Shown one piece after another: positions 1 through 9,263 of a DNA stretch of 64,000 nucleotides. The notes beneath the pieces were generated by a model, which made no database searches, was not told the origin of the DNA, and was given only the letters and a program-made list of their open reading frames with translations. Source of the stretch: a virus (taxonomy: Duplodnaviria > Caudoviricetes); IMG/VR virus record IMGVR_UViG_3300043434_000734, positions 128,001 through 192,000 of that record; one strand, given 5' to 3'. Numbering within the stretch: position 1 is the stretch's first letter; each line of letters opens with the position of its first letter. A program made the translations under genes and the position numbers.

Positions 1-2
1 TT

Positions 3-1301
3 TCACATCGTTATATTACGGATAGACAATTTCCTGATAAGGCAATTGATGTATTAGACGAATTAGGTTCAGAAAAACGAGTATCGAGTCGAACACCTGA
101 ATCGATTGAAAAATTAAAACGTGAAGTTGACGAAATTAAGGAGAAAAAAATACAAGTCGTAAAAAATCAAAATTATGAACAAGCGGCAAAACTTCGTGAT
201 GAAGAAAAGAAAGTAATTACCAAACTTGAAGATGAAAAATTAAAATGGGTCGATAAACAAAAGAATAATAAAACACCTGTTAGTGTCAGTGATGTTTACG
301 ATATCATTTCTGATATGACAGGGGTACCTATTACAAAATTAGACACTAAAGAAACTCAAAAGTTATTGAAATTAGAGTCTATTTTATCTACTAAAGTTAT
401 CGGTCAAAATGAAGCAATCACTTCTATTTCAAAATCAATTAGAAGAAATCGAGTTGGTATAAAAGACGGTAATAAACCAATTGGTTCATTTATCTTCATT
501 GGTTCTACCGGTGTTGGTAAAACATTTTTAGCGAAATCAATTGCGGATATTTTATTTGGGGATTCAGAAAAAATTATTCGTGTAGATATGAGTGAATTTA
601 TGGAGAAACATAATGTATCTAAATTGATTGGTTCCCCTCCAGGTTATGTTGGTTATGACGAGGGAGGACAATTAACTGAAAAAGTTAAAAACAATCCATT
701 TTCAGTAATTTTATTTGACGAGATTGAAAAGGCACATAAAGACGTTTTCAATTTATTATTACAAATTTTAGATGAGGGTCATTTGACTGATTCGTTTGGT
801 AGAAAAGTAAACTTTACCAATACAATCATTATTATGACATCTAATATTGGGGCAAAACGAGTTTCCGAATTTGGGGGAGGAGTTGGATTCTCAACTTCAT
901 CAAGCGAACAACAAAAGTATGAAGTCAAAAAAACGATGATTCAGAAATCATTAAAACAACAATTTAATCCTGAATTTTTAAATCGTATTGATGATGTTAT
1001 TTTGTTTAATTCGTTAGATACTGAAACACTTAAAAAAATAATCACAATTGAAATGAGTAAACTAAATTCTCGTTTAATTGACAAGAATTATAAAATTACC
1101 TTTGATAAAACAGTTATTAATAGAATATTCGAATTGAATAGTCAAGAAGAATATGGGGCTCGTCCACTTAAACGAATTATCCAAAATCTTTGCGAAGACT
1201 TTTTAAGTGAAGAAATATTAAAAGGTAATATTGTTGAAAATCAACTATATACCATCAAATATAAAAACGACGAATTAACGATTATTAAAAATTCTAAGTA
1301 G
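3..1301 (+). CDS. clpC: ClpC/ClpB-type AAA+ chaperone, 5'-partial (runs off window start)
   Basis: Frame open from nt 3: SHRYITDRQFPDKAIDVLDE, UVR-like KNQNYEQAAKLRDEEK, second Walker A GSTGVGKT, RVDMSEFMEKH, LIGSPPGYVGYDEGG, YGARPLKR. Confidence 0.93.
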   Translation, partial: SHRYITDRQFPDKAIDVLDELGSEKRVSSRTPESIEKLKREVDEIKEKKIQVVKNQNYEQAAKLRDEEKKVITKLEDEKLKWVDKQKNNKTPVSVSDVYDIISDMTGVPITKLDTKETQKLLKLESILSTKVIGQNEAITSISKSIRRNRVGIKDGNKPIGSFIFIGSTGVGKTFLAKSIADILFGDSEKIIRVDMSEFMEKHNVSKLIGSPPGYVGYDEGGQLTEKVKNNPFSVILFDEIEKAHKDVFNLLLQILDEGHLTDSFGRKVNFTNTIIIMTSNIGAKRVSEFGGGVGFSTSSSEQQKYEVKKTMIQKSLKQQFNPEFLNRIDDVILFNSLDTETLKKIITIEMSKLNSRLIDKNYKITFDKTVINRIFELNSQEEYGARPLKRIIQNLCEDFLSEEILKGNIVENQLYTIKYKNDELTIIKNSK

Positions 1302-1966
1302 TGAATAGTAAAAGAAATCTTTGGGTATTTGGTGATTCATTTTCGGTTCCTTTTAAAAAAATTGAAAATGAACATCCTTATGTCCCTTACAAAGGATATT
1401 GCCCAAAGATTTTTTCGAATATTTTATCCGAAGAATTGGATTTAAACTTAATGGATATGTCAATGGGTGGATGTTCAAATCAATCGATATTCCACACCTA
1501 TATAAAAAACATTAATAAGATAAATGATAATGATATTGTCATTTTTGGTTGGACTCAACCAATTAGATTTAGAATTGCATCTAAACGTAATGATTTTTAT
1601 GATGTAATAATTGCGGTTGCACCTTATATGAGGGAATTTATCGACATATCAATAGATACGTTAAATGAAATAACAATTAATAGATTAACATACTCAATCG
1701 TTTGGGACGAACTAATCGATTACATTAACATAATAGGTAAGTCATCACCCGGATCTCAAATTTTTCATTGGACGTGGGTTGAACCAACAAATAATATCGG
1801 TGTCGACATATACGAACGTAACTTCTTTGAATTATTATTACCCTTCAAAAAGTACAAAACTGTAAAAGAAGAAACTAATGGTGATGTGGACGATTTTCAC
1901 TATGGTGAAATTGGTCATCGTGAATTGGCCAATGATTTATTGATTGAAATTAAAAAAATGTCATAA
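1301..1966 (+). CDS. SGNH/GDSL-hydrolase-like protein
   Basis: VFGDSFS, GGCSN, IVIFGWT, DDFHYGEIGH motifs; GTG start overlapping the clpC stop. Confidence 0.6.
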   Translation: MNSKRNLWVFGDSFSVPFKKIENEHPYVPYKGYCPKIFSNILSEELDLNLMDMSMGGCSNQSIFHTYIKNINKINDNDIVIFGWTQPIRFRIASKRNDFYDVIIAVAPYMREFIDISIDTLNEITINRLTYSIVWDELIDYINIIGKSSPGSQIFHWTWVEPTNNIGVDIYERNFFELLLPFKKYKTVKEETNGDVDDFHYGEIGHRELANDLLIEIKKMS

Positions 1967-1994
1967 ATACTTTACTTTTTGTTAAAAATATATA

Positions 1995-2108
1995 TATTTA
2001 TATTCTCAGAGGTTCTCTTTGTCGATTACCTTTTCGTTTTTTTTCATAAGTAAGTGAAGTTGAATTCACCGAAAGACCTTAAAACCCCGACAAATCGTTG
2101 GGGTTTTT
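1995..2108 (+). ncRNA. Putative short structured leader RNA ending in an intrinsic terminator
   Basis: TATTTATA at 1995-2002; hairpin AAAACCCCGAC..GTTGGGGTTTTT at 2081-2108; TTTGTCG (2018-2024) complementary to CGACAAA (2088-2094). Confidence 0.4.
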
Positions 2109-2152
2109 ACTGCATTTTGTTTTCTCAAAATTATTTAGTATATTTACTTTAT

Positions 2153-2368
2153 ATGAAAAAAGTAACATTTATTTTGACCATTGGTGTATTATTTACATTG
2201 ATGTCTTGTGGTTCAGAGTCTACCACAACTCAAACAACTGACTCCACTACAGTTCAATCTGACACCACCACGGTATCGACTGATTCTACAGTATCGGGAG
2301 TACCGGTAGAAGCAACTGAATTACATTCAGATGTAGAAAACCCAACTTCTAATCAAGAAGTAAAATAA
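2153..2368 (+). CDS. Small Thr/Ser-rich lipoprotein
   Basis: ATG at 2153; MKKVTFILTIGVLFTLMSC lipobox; DST/DTT/DST sequons. Confidence 0.75.
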   Translation: MKKVTFILTIGVLFTLMSCGSESTTTQTTDSTTVQSDTTTVSTDSTVSGVPVEATELHSDVENPTSNQEVK

Positions 2369-2421
2369 GAATTTGGGTCGGTTAATCCGACCCTATTTTC
2401 TTTTCATTTAAATTTAAAGTA

Positions 2422-2844
2422 ATGGAAAATGTATTTACAGGAGATTTAATTTTATTAAGAGGTGTGCCTGGTTCAGGTAAAACCACATTAGCAAATGTTA
2501 TTTTACAACAACCAAATAATAATCCACAAGAAGTTTTGTCTGCGGATGATTTTTTTATAAATAAAGAAGGTGAATATATTTTTGAACCTTCAAAAATAAA
2601 AGAAGCACATAACTATTGTCAATTTAGATGTTCTGAAAGGATGAGACAGGGAATTGGTAGAATAGTCATTGCAAATACGTTCACACAAGAATGGGAAATG
2701 AAAACTTATTTTGATATGGCCGAAAGATATAATTATAGAGTCCATACGGTTGTCGTTGAAAATAGACACGGTAATAATAATGTTCACGGCGTTCCCGATT
2801 TAAAACTTCAACAAATGAAAGATAGATTTGAAATCAAATTGTAA
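2422..2844 (+). CDS. P-loop polynucleotide-kinase-like protein (AAA_33 type)
   Basis: LILLRGVPGSGKTT, SADDFF, IVIANTFTQEWEM, NVHGVP; adjacent to RNA ligase. Confidence 0.85.
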   Translation: MENVFTGDLILLRGVPGSGKTTLANVILQQPNNNPQEVLSADDFFINKEGEYIFEPSKIKEAHNYCQFRCSERMRQGIGRIVIANTFTQEWEMKTYFDMAERYNYRVHTVVVENRHGNNNVHGVPDLKLQQMKDRFEIKL

Positions 2845-2901
2845 ACGGATAATTTTATTTTAAAATCAACTCAATCATAAAAAAAACACTAATCAAATAT
2901 T

Positions 2902-3972
2902 GTGTTAACTACCTTAGAAAAATATCACAAAGATGGTTTGTTACATAAACAAACACACCCGACTCTTGATTTAACTATTTGGAATTACACCCCAAAAGTT
3001 CAGTATGAAAAATTATGGGATGAAATCACAATACAATGTCGTGGATTGGTAACTAATTCTAATGGTGACATTGTTGCTCGACCATTTAAGAAATTCTTTA
3101 ATTATGAAGAACATAAACCAGAAGAGATACCAAACGAAGAATTTGTTGTTTATGAAAAATTAGACGGTTCATTAGGTATTTTATTTAATTACCAAGGGGA
3201 ATGGATATTGTGCACTCGTGGATCATTCACATCACCCCAAGCAATTAAGGGTAAAGAGATTCTTAATAGACACGATATAAGTGCGTTAAGAAAAGATAAT
3301 ACACTTTTATTTGAAATTATTTATCCTGAAAATAGAATTGTTGTTGATTATGGTAACGAAGAAAAATTAGTGGTAATTGGTGGTATACATACTGAAACCG
3401 GCGATGAAATATCCGATGAAGGTTTATCTTTTTTACAACAAGCTGGGTTTGAAGTTGTAACAACATATAAAACTTGGGGTGAAGGTTATGATTTACTTAA
3501 AGAGGATATAAGTAAAGATAAAGAAGGATATGTAATTCGTTTTAAAAGTGGTTTTCGTATGAAAATCAAAGGAGACGAATATGTAAGACTTCATCGTATT
3601 TTAACAAACATATCTAATAGGGATATATGGGAGTATTTAAAGGACAATAGACCGTTTGATGAATTACTCGAAAAAGTACCTGATGAATTTAACGATTGGG
3701 TTAAAAAAACCGTTAGTGATTTAAGATATGGATGTTACCAATTAAGAGAACGCGCAGGTAAATTACACGATGGTTTTAGATATGGTAAATTTGGAGACAG
3801 AGAGGTCGAACCATCTAAAAAAGAATTTGCGGAATTTGTAATGAAACAACAAGAAGTCCTACACGGTATTATGTTTGCTATGTGGGACGGTAATAATAAA
3901 AAAGTAGACGAAATAATTTGGAAATTAGTGAAACCAAAATATTCAAAACCATTTAAGAAAGATGAAAATTGA
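2902..3972 (+). CDS. T4 Rnl1-like RNA ligase
   Basis: CRGLV, RPFKKFFN, motif I EKLDGSLG, TRGSF, FEII, EGYVIRF, KIKG. Confidence 0.88.
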   Translation: MLTTLEKYHKDGLLHKQTHPTLDLTIWNYTPKVQYEKLWDEITIQCRGLVTNSNGDIVARPFKKFFNYEEHKPEEIPNEEFVVYEKLDGSLGILFNYQGEWILCTRGSFTSPQAIKGKEILNRHDISALRKDNTLLFEIIYPENRIVVDYGNEEKLVVIGGIHTETGDEISDEGLSFLQQAGFEVVTTYKTWGEGYDLLKEDISKDKEGYVIRFKSGFRMKIKGDEYVRLHRILTNISNRDIWEYLKDNRPFDELLEKVPDEFNDWVKKTVSDLRYGCYQLRERAGKLHDGFRYGKFGDREVEPSKKEFAEFVMKQQEVLHGIMFAMWDGNNKKVDEIIWKLVKPKYSKPFKKDEN

Positions 3973-4441
3973 AAAAAAAAGAATATATCTCGATGATGTA
4001 AGAACACCATTACAAGATGATTGGGTAGTTGTCAGAAACTATGATGAATTTGTTAGTAAGATTCGTTTAGTGGGGTTAGAAAATATTGAGGTTATTTCAC
4101 TAGATCACGATTTAGGTGATAGTGCAATGATTGAATATTACAATAATGTAAAGGATAATTATGAATTAGACTACTCAAACATTACAGAAAAAACCGGATA
4201 CGACTGCTGTAAATTTTTAGTTAGTGAGAGTATGAGTAAAAATATCCCATTACCCCAAATTTATGTACATTCCGCAAACCCAATTGGGAGTGCAAATATG
4301 ATGGGGTACATAAATAATTATTTTATGAATTCTAAATTACCACAAACTTGTATTCGTGTCAATATTCAACACACAATTGGAGAAGAGTTTATCTTATCAC
4401 CTGAACTTAGAGAAAAAAAATGGAAAAGAAAGGATAATTAA
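3962..4441 (+). CDS. Cyclic-phosphate-processing receiver-domain protein
   Basis: IYLDDVRTP, VVRNYDEF, ISLDHDLG, TGYD, VHSANPIG; operonic with ligase. Confidence 0.8.
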   Translation: MKIEKKRIYLDDVRTPLQDDWVVVRNYDEFVSKIRLVGLENIEVISLDHDLGDSAMIEYYNNVKDNYELDYSNITEKTGYDCCKFLVSESMSKNIPLPQIYVHSANPIGSANMMGYINNYFMNSKLPQTCIRVNIQHTIGEEFILSPELREKKWKRKDN

Positions 4442-4497
4442 TTTTTTTTATTCAAAAAATGATATATTTTTGCTAACCATTTAACTAACTAAACTTT

Positions 4498-4833
4498 ATG
4501 ACTAAAATTGATAACCCAACTAAACAAAAGTACTTCAAAGAATTGAAACTGGAGGGTAAATACAAAGATTTTACGGACTTTTATGATGAAAACAAGGAAA
4601 CCATCTATAAATCAATAATCGACGTTTTTAAAGAGTTTAAAGAGACTAAAAAAACAAAATTAACCTTGAACATATCGGCTAAAATAAAAGGTCTCGAATG
4701 GGATACCGAATTTAATTTCGATAGGTCTGAAACAATAGTTTTAAAAAGAGATGTGATGCCGTATTTTGAAGAAATTGAAGATTACGAGACTTGTGGTGAA
4801 GTATTAAAATTATATGATTGCTTGACTTTTTAA
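4498..4833 (+). CDS. Hypothetical protein with C-terminal UVR-like motif
   Basis: FEEIEDYETCGEV; upstream TATTTTTG promoter-like box. Confidence 0.55.
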   Translation: MTKIDNPTKQKYFKELKLEGKYKDFTDFYDENKETIYKSIIDVFKEFKETKKTKLTLNISAKIKGLEWDTEFNFDRSETIVLKRDVMPYFEEIEDYETCGEVLKLYDCLTF

Positions 4834-5170
4834 AGAAATTTAACTATTATAGTATTGTATCAGGAGAGAGGTACATTTATTTTTGTCATATCCCCGTGGG
4901 TTTTTAATCTTCGGGGATTTTTTATGAATTAAAAATTTAATTGTACTATATAAAGAACTTCTTGTTATTATTATATTTTTCTTGGTATTCTGATATTTTT
5001 GTTGTATTTTTCTAATAGTTATATAAAAAAAATACAATATGTTAAATTTAATTATAGGTTTATTCGTCTTATGTTCCTCATTTGGAATTACACTTTCTAA
5101 AACACAAACTCATTACGGGTTTCGTAAACAACGTCAACACGTTAAACCTTTAACGTTAGATAAAGATGTG

Positions 5171-6478
5171 TTAAAGCATAACTCTTGATCCGACCAAGAA
5201 GTTACTTAACATTGGGGTATTCGGTTCGGTATTTAAATTCAATTTGTAATTAAAACTGAATCCAAAACGTTTAGTTATTTTATAATCAAAACTACTACCC
5301 AATAAAAACCCAATCTGTCTTCCTACCATAGTACCACCAGTAAAGGTGTTGTAACCTAACGGTGACCACATTGTAAAAACTTGTGGAGATATCGTTAATT
5401 TCTTATTATACTGATACGGTTTTGTCCAAAATACTACTGTGGATGTTGACAAACTAGTTGTGTAGGATTCTTCACCTTTCATTAGTAAGGTAATCAACCC
5501 AACATTATATCCGTAAGTCCCCAATTTAGGGTGAGGTTTAATCCAAGTATAACCTAAGAGACCCATATATGTTCCTTTTAAGTACGCTGAGGTAAATGAA
5601 TAACTATTTAATGAATTCAATTGTCCTTTATTTGTCAATTTCATTACAGTTACTCCCGATGAAATTGCAAATTGGTCAAATGTTGAGAAAGCCATTCCAT
5701 TTAAACTATATGATTTATCACCCATCAAAGATGATTTAGACATTCCTACGGTCATAGCTAAAGAATATGTACCGTCGGCCGATTGTGCGGTTGTTAAATC
5801 CGATGCTATTAACATAGGATTTAAATTTTGTTGTTTTCTTTTCTCTTCTTTTTTCTTTTCTTCCTCTTTTTTCTCTTCTTTCTTAGACTCGGATTTTGAC
5901 TCGTCTTTCTTCTTCTCAGTCTTACTTTCTGATTTTGATTCACTCTTACTTTCTGTTTTTGAATCGGTTTTAGATTCTGACGAAGATGAGGTGTTATTTT
6001 TATTATCCGACGATGAGGGTGGTGTTCCACTATTTGATGATGAGGTTGATGGTTGTGTACTTGTTGTTGCACTTGAACTGACGGCTGACGCAGAATTACT
6101 TGCAGCATTCGATGCTGAATTACTAGCAGCATTGGATGCGGCGGTCGATGCTGCCTGACTTGCCGCAGCAGTTGCAGCCGCTGCAACTTGTTGTGTAATT
6201 GTTTGTTGTACTACGGTATTTGTGGGACATCCCATACTATTATATGCCACATATGTTTGTTGTAACCAAACTTGTAATGAACCACCTTGTACTTGTGCTG
6301 GGGTGAATGTTTTTATTTGATTGTAAAATGAAACTACGGCATTACCATTAACATACGTTGTGGTGGCAATTTTAATCTCACCAGAACATTTATCAACAAA
6401 TGTTTGAGTCATAATTGATTGACCCTTTGTGGTAAAACTAAAAAATAATATTAGGAGAGAGATAATTATTTTTTTCAT
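5171..6478 (-). CDS. Exported protein with low-complexity linker and beta-strand-rich C-terminal domain (possible outer-membrane barrel)
   Basis: Signal peptide MKKIIISLLILFFSFTTKG; A/S-rich then K/E-rich linker; alternating aromatic/hydrophobic strands. Confidence 0.6.
   Translation of the reverse strand: MKKIIISLLILFFSFTTKGQSIMTQTFVDKCSGEIKIATTTYVNGNAVVSFYNQIKTFTPAQVQGGSLQVWLQQTYVAYNSMGCPTNTVVQQTITQQVAAAATAAASQAASTAASNAASNSASNAASNSASAVSSSATTSTQPSTSSSNSGTPPSSSDNKNNTSSSSESKTDSKTESKSESKSESKTEKKKDESKSESKKEEKKEEEKKKEEKRKQQNLNPMLIASDLTTAQSADGTYSLAMTVGMSKSSLMGDKSYSLNGMAFSTFDQFAISSGVTVMKLTNKGQLNSLNSYSFTSAYLKGTYMGLLGYTWIKPHPKLGTYGYNVGLITLLMKGEESYTTSLSTSTVVFWTKPYQYNKKLTISPQVFTMWSPLGYNTFTGGTMVGRQIGFLLGSSFDYKITKRFGFSFNYKLNLNTEPNTPMLSNFLVGSRVML
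5821..6186. repeat. Low-complexity coding repeats (ASNAASNS, ESKS/TESK, KKEE)
   Basis: Imperfect tandem codons visible in the sequence and translation. Confidence 0.8.
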
Positions 6479-6488
6479 TATGTTATTT

Positions 6489-7220
6489 CTATTCCATCAA
6501 TTTTAAGTTGTAGTCGTTTATTGTGAATGGACTATATATTGAGTATCTAACATTATTAGATATATTTTTTGTCACTTCGTGAGTGTAATTATATTTTTGA
6601 TGTTCAATTAAAATACATTTTCTAAAATCGGGTAAAAAATCAATAATACCGTTGTTAGTGTATAGCTTTAAGATTGATCCGTCGTCATAACTTCTTTTGT
6701 CGTTTAAAAAAAATAGGATAGTAAATAAACGATTTCCATCTGGATCATTATCCGTATGTTTTCTAATAAACGAACCATTTGGGTAGACGTTAATGTTACC
6801 CATTAAATTTTGTTTAAATTCTTCTTTTACTTTTTTATAAAATAAATCATTTATTATACCTTCATATACCTTTAATAAAATATCATAAATTCCCACATCT
6901 TTTAGGTATTGTATTGGGTGAGTGAGAAAAAAATTAAAATAGTCTTCATCGTAGAATCCAAACTCATCATTTAAATTCTTTAAGAATTGAAAATCGTCAT
7001 ACTTTATTCGATAATTTGAATTGATTTTATTAAATCTTGATAAATCGATTTCTTTTACTTTATTCTGTACATTATCTGACCATTGTAAGAACCCTAATGA
7101 ACTATCTATTTTATTTAAATCAATATTGAAATTATTCACCAACTCACCTAGCCGTGTAAATTCGTCAATATTAAGTAGTTCTTCTAAATTATATATTTTA
7201 TAGTCAAAATTTAAATTCAT
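6489..7220 (-). CDS. 2OG-Fe(II) oxygenase (prolyl-hydroxylase-like)
   Basis: NVYPNGSFIRKHTD, TILFFLN, HEV, RYSI facial triad and Arg. Confidence 0.8.
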   Translation of the reverse strand: MNLNFDYKIYNLEELLNIDEFTRLGELVNNFNIDLNKIDSSLGFLQWSDNVQNKVKEIDLSRFNKINSNYRIKYDDFQFLKNLNDEFGFYDEDYFNFFLTHPIQYLKDVGIYDILLKVYEGIINDLFYKKVKEEFKQNLMGNINVYPNGSFIRKHTDNDPDGNRLFTILFFLNDKRSYDDGSILKLYTNNGIIDFLPDFRKCILIEHQKYNYTHEVTKNISNNVRYSIYSPFTINDYNLKLME

Positions 7221-7282
7221 AATTATAAATATAAAAAAAGGGGTAATTAACCCCTTAATTTAATATTGTTTTAATTGTACGA

Positions 7283-8002
7283 TTATTTTGTAAAAATCCC
7301 CTTTTTAATCATTCTATCAAGAATGTTGGCACAAGCAATATCAAGTGCTTTCTTTGTTGCAATTGATATTGTTGATTGGTTAAATTTAATTGGGTCAATG
7401 GATGCGTCGGATAATAGAGTTAACTCTCTTTTTGTTGTTGCTTCACCTAAACCCGAGGCACCAAACAAAACACCAGTTTCAGCGTCGGTAAACCTAACTT
7501 GTAAACCAATACGAGTTACCATATTATCTTTAATTCCATCTTTAAGATTAATAGTTTCATCTTCAGAAATTGAATAGTCATAACATTCGATAGTCACAAA
7601 GTATTTTGCTAAATTAATTTTACCACGACCATCTAATTTATTTTCGGAAATACCTGATTGAGATGCTTGAAATTGCTTCACCATACGGTTTTTAATTTCG
7701 GTTTTATCTTCAGTAAACTTAAAACGATTTAAATTCTCTAAATACTCCATTGATATGTTGGCAACACCCAAACCAACACGCTTTTCTTTTAGTTCGGGAT
7801 ACATTTCATAAATTTCATCTGAAATACCACATTTAAGAATTTGAATGGGAATTTGTGGACCTTCGTAATCCATATATTGTGAAATGTCTTTTTTCTTCTC
7901 AAAATCGGCTTTATATTGTTCAGTTTTAGTTGACCCTATTGTTTGTGCGTTTCCTAAAAAACCAATTAGGATTAACGATAATAAAAGAAATATTTTTTTC
8001 AT
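7283..8002 (-). CDS. CsgG/HfaB-family exported protein
   Basis: Signal peptide; GLGVANI..EYLENLNRF, AKYFVT, RIGLQVRFTDAETG, C-terminal helix. Confidence 0.7.
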   Translation of the reverse strand: MKKIFLLLSLILIGFLGNAQTIGSTKTEQYKADFEKKKDISQYMDYEGPQIPIQILKCGISDEIYEMYPELKEKRVGLGVANISMEYLENLNRFKFTEDKTEIKNRMVKQFQASQSGISENKLDGRGKINLAKYFVTIECYDYSISEDETINLKDGIKDNMVTRIGLQVRFTDAETGVLFGASGLGEATTKRELTLLSDASIDPIKFNQSTISIATKKALDIACANILDRMIKKGIFTK

Positions 8003-8005
8003 AAA

Positions 8006-8236
8006 TTATTTTGTTTTTGGTTTTTCATACCAAATATTATTTGGGTTATTTTTAAATGTCCCATCTATTTTCCAAGCAATACGGTTTGAAATGTCTAAAG
8101 CTCTGTTTTCTTGATTTGTGAAGTGTAAATAAATGCCGAATCCCTGAAAGGATAGGGCAAAACCTATCCAAATAACTATTAAAATTAAATATACTTTAAA
8201 GAGTGACTCCCCGACGTTTTTTAATGATATTGTCAT
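8006..8236 (-). CDS. Small membrane protein
   Basis: One long hydrophobic segment; upstream TATTTATA on minus strand. Confidence 0.6.
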   Translation of the reverse strand: MTISLKNVGESLFKVYLILIVIWIGFALSFQGFGIYLHFTNQENRALDISNRIAWKIDGTFKNNPNNIWYEKPKTK

Positions 8237-8264
8237 AATCTATTTTATATATAAATACATCGAA

Positions 8265-8291
8265 AAAAAAAGGAGTCATTTGACTCCTTTA
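8265..8291. terminator. Bidirectional intrinsic terminator
   Basis: AAAAGGAGTCA-tt-TGACTCCTTTT. Confidence 0.7.
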
Positions 8292-8293
8292 TA

Positions 8294-8542
8294 TTAACCT
8301 TCAGTTTCTTCTTTCTTTTTATGTGAGAATTTATCCAAAGTATCGGCTCCCATCCCAATACCCGTAATTAACATTACTGCGTTTACCAATTCAGGTGACG
8401 GTGCAAAATCCGAGTGAGAGAACGAATTTAAAACCATTGTTACACATAGGAATAACGCACCTATCATTGCGATTACCGGTTTTACCGATATTGATCCTCT
8501 TTCGTCTTTGAAGAGTTCAATTAACCATTCTTTAAATTTCAT
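8294..8542 (-). CDS. Two-TM small membrane protein (holin-like topology)
   Basis: Two hydrophobic helices, basic/acidic C-tail. Confidence 0.55.
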   Translation of the reverse strand: MKFKEWLIELFKDERGSISVKPVIAMIGALFLCVTMVLNSFSHSDFAPSPELVNAVMLITGIGMGADTLDKFSHKKKEETEG

Positions 8543-8568
8543 AGTTTTTTATTTTTGTCATTTGTTTA

Positions 8569-9180
8569 TTATCCTTCCATATGTATTTCTGCGTATTCAT
8601 CTTTTACTTTACCACACTTCAAACATTCTTCACTTCCGTCACCATCTAAATCCCCCCAAACGTGTTCACATTGTCTATGAGTAAAGTATTCGTCGATTTT
8701 ACCGTCACCATCAAAGTCCAAACCATCCATTACCCCATCACCATCTTCATCAATTTCAGTACCCTTCTTTTCAATTTTTGTTGTCTCATCAATTTCTATT
8801 GTATTTTCAGTTGTCAATTCTGGTAATACTAAAGGAGATACGGACATCGGTACTATCGGATTGTTTGGTCCGTCATTAGTATTACTTAACGATATGCCAT
8901 CTTCCTCATCCATTTTTTGAACTAACATTTTATCTTTATCCGTATCACTAAACCAATAATCAATAATTTTACCGTAACTACCGATAAAGGCACCCAACAA
9001 TAATAAAAGAAGTTCTTTCCACTCTCCCTCTATTGCTGATTTATTTAAAATCGCACCAAATATCCCCATTATAATTATCATAAAACCACCCAATACGATG
9101 GCCGTGATGAACCATCTACGCTTCATCATACTACTCAATAATTCCTTAAATCCACTTGGTGGTTGTTGTTGTTCACTCAT
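8569..9180 (-). CDS. Two-TM membrane protein with DxDxDG Ca-binding-like repeats
   Basis: TM segments, then DEDGDG, DFDGDG, DLDGDG and CEH..CLKC. Confidence 0.6.
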   Translation of the reverse strand: MSEQQQPPSGFKELLSSMMKRRWFITAIVLGGFMIIIMGIFGAILNKSAIEGEWKELLLLLLGAFIGSYGKIIDYWFSDTDKDKMLVQKMDEEDGISLSNTNDGPNNPIVPMSVSPLVLPELTTENTIEIDETTKIEKKGTEIDEDGDGVMDGLDFDGDGKIDEYFTHRQCEHVWGDLDGDGSEECLKCGKVKDEYAEIHMEG

Positions 9181-9263
9181 CTTTTTTTTTGTTTTTTAAA
9201 AGTATGTCTTATTAAGAACGTTAGTGAACATATAAAGAGCACTAACGTTCGAATTTGATAAAA

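Noticed and set aside
5821-6186. Low-complexity stretch as a repeat array or phase-variable tract
   Set aside because: Imperfect codon-level repeats encoding a protein linker
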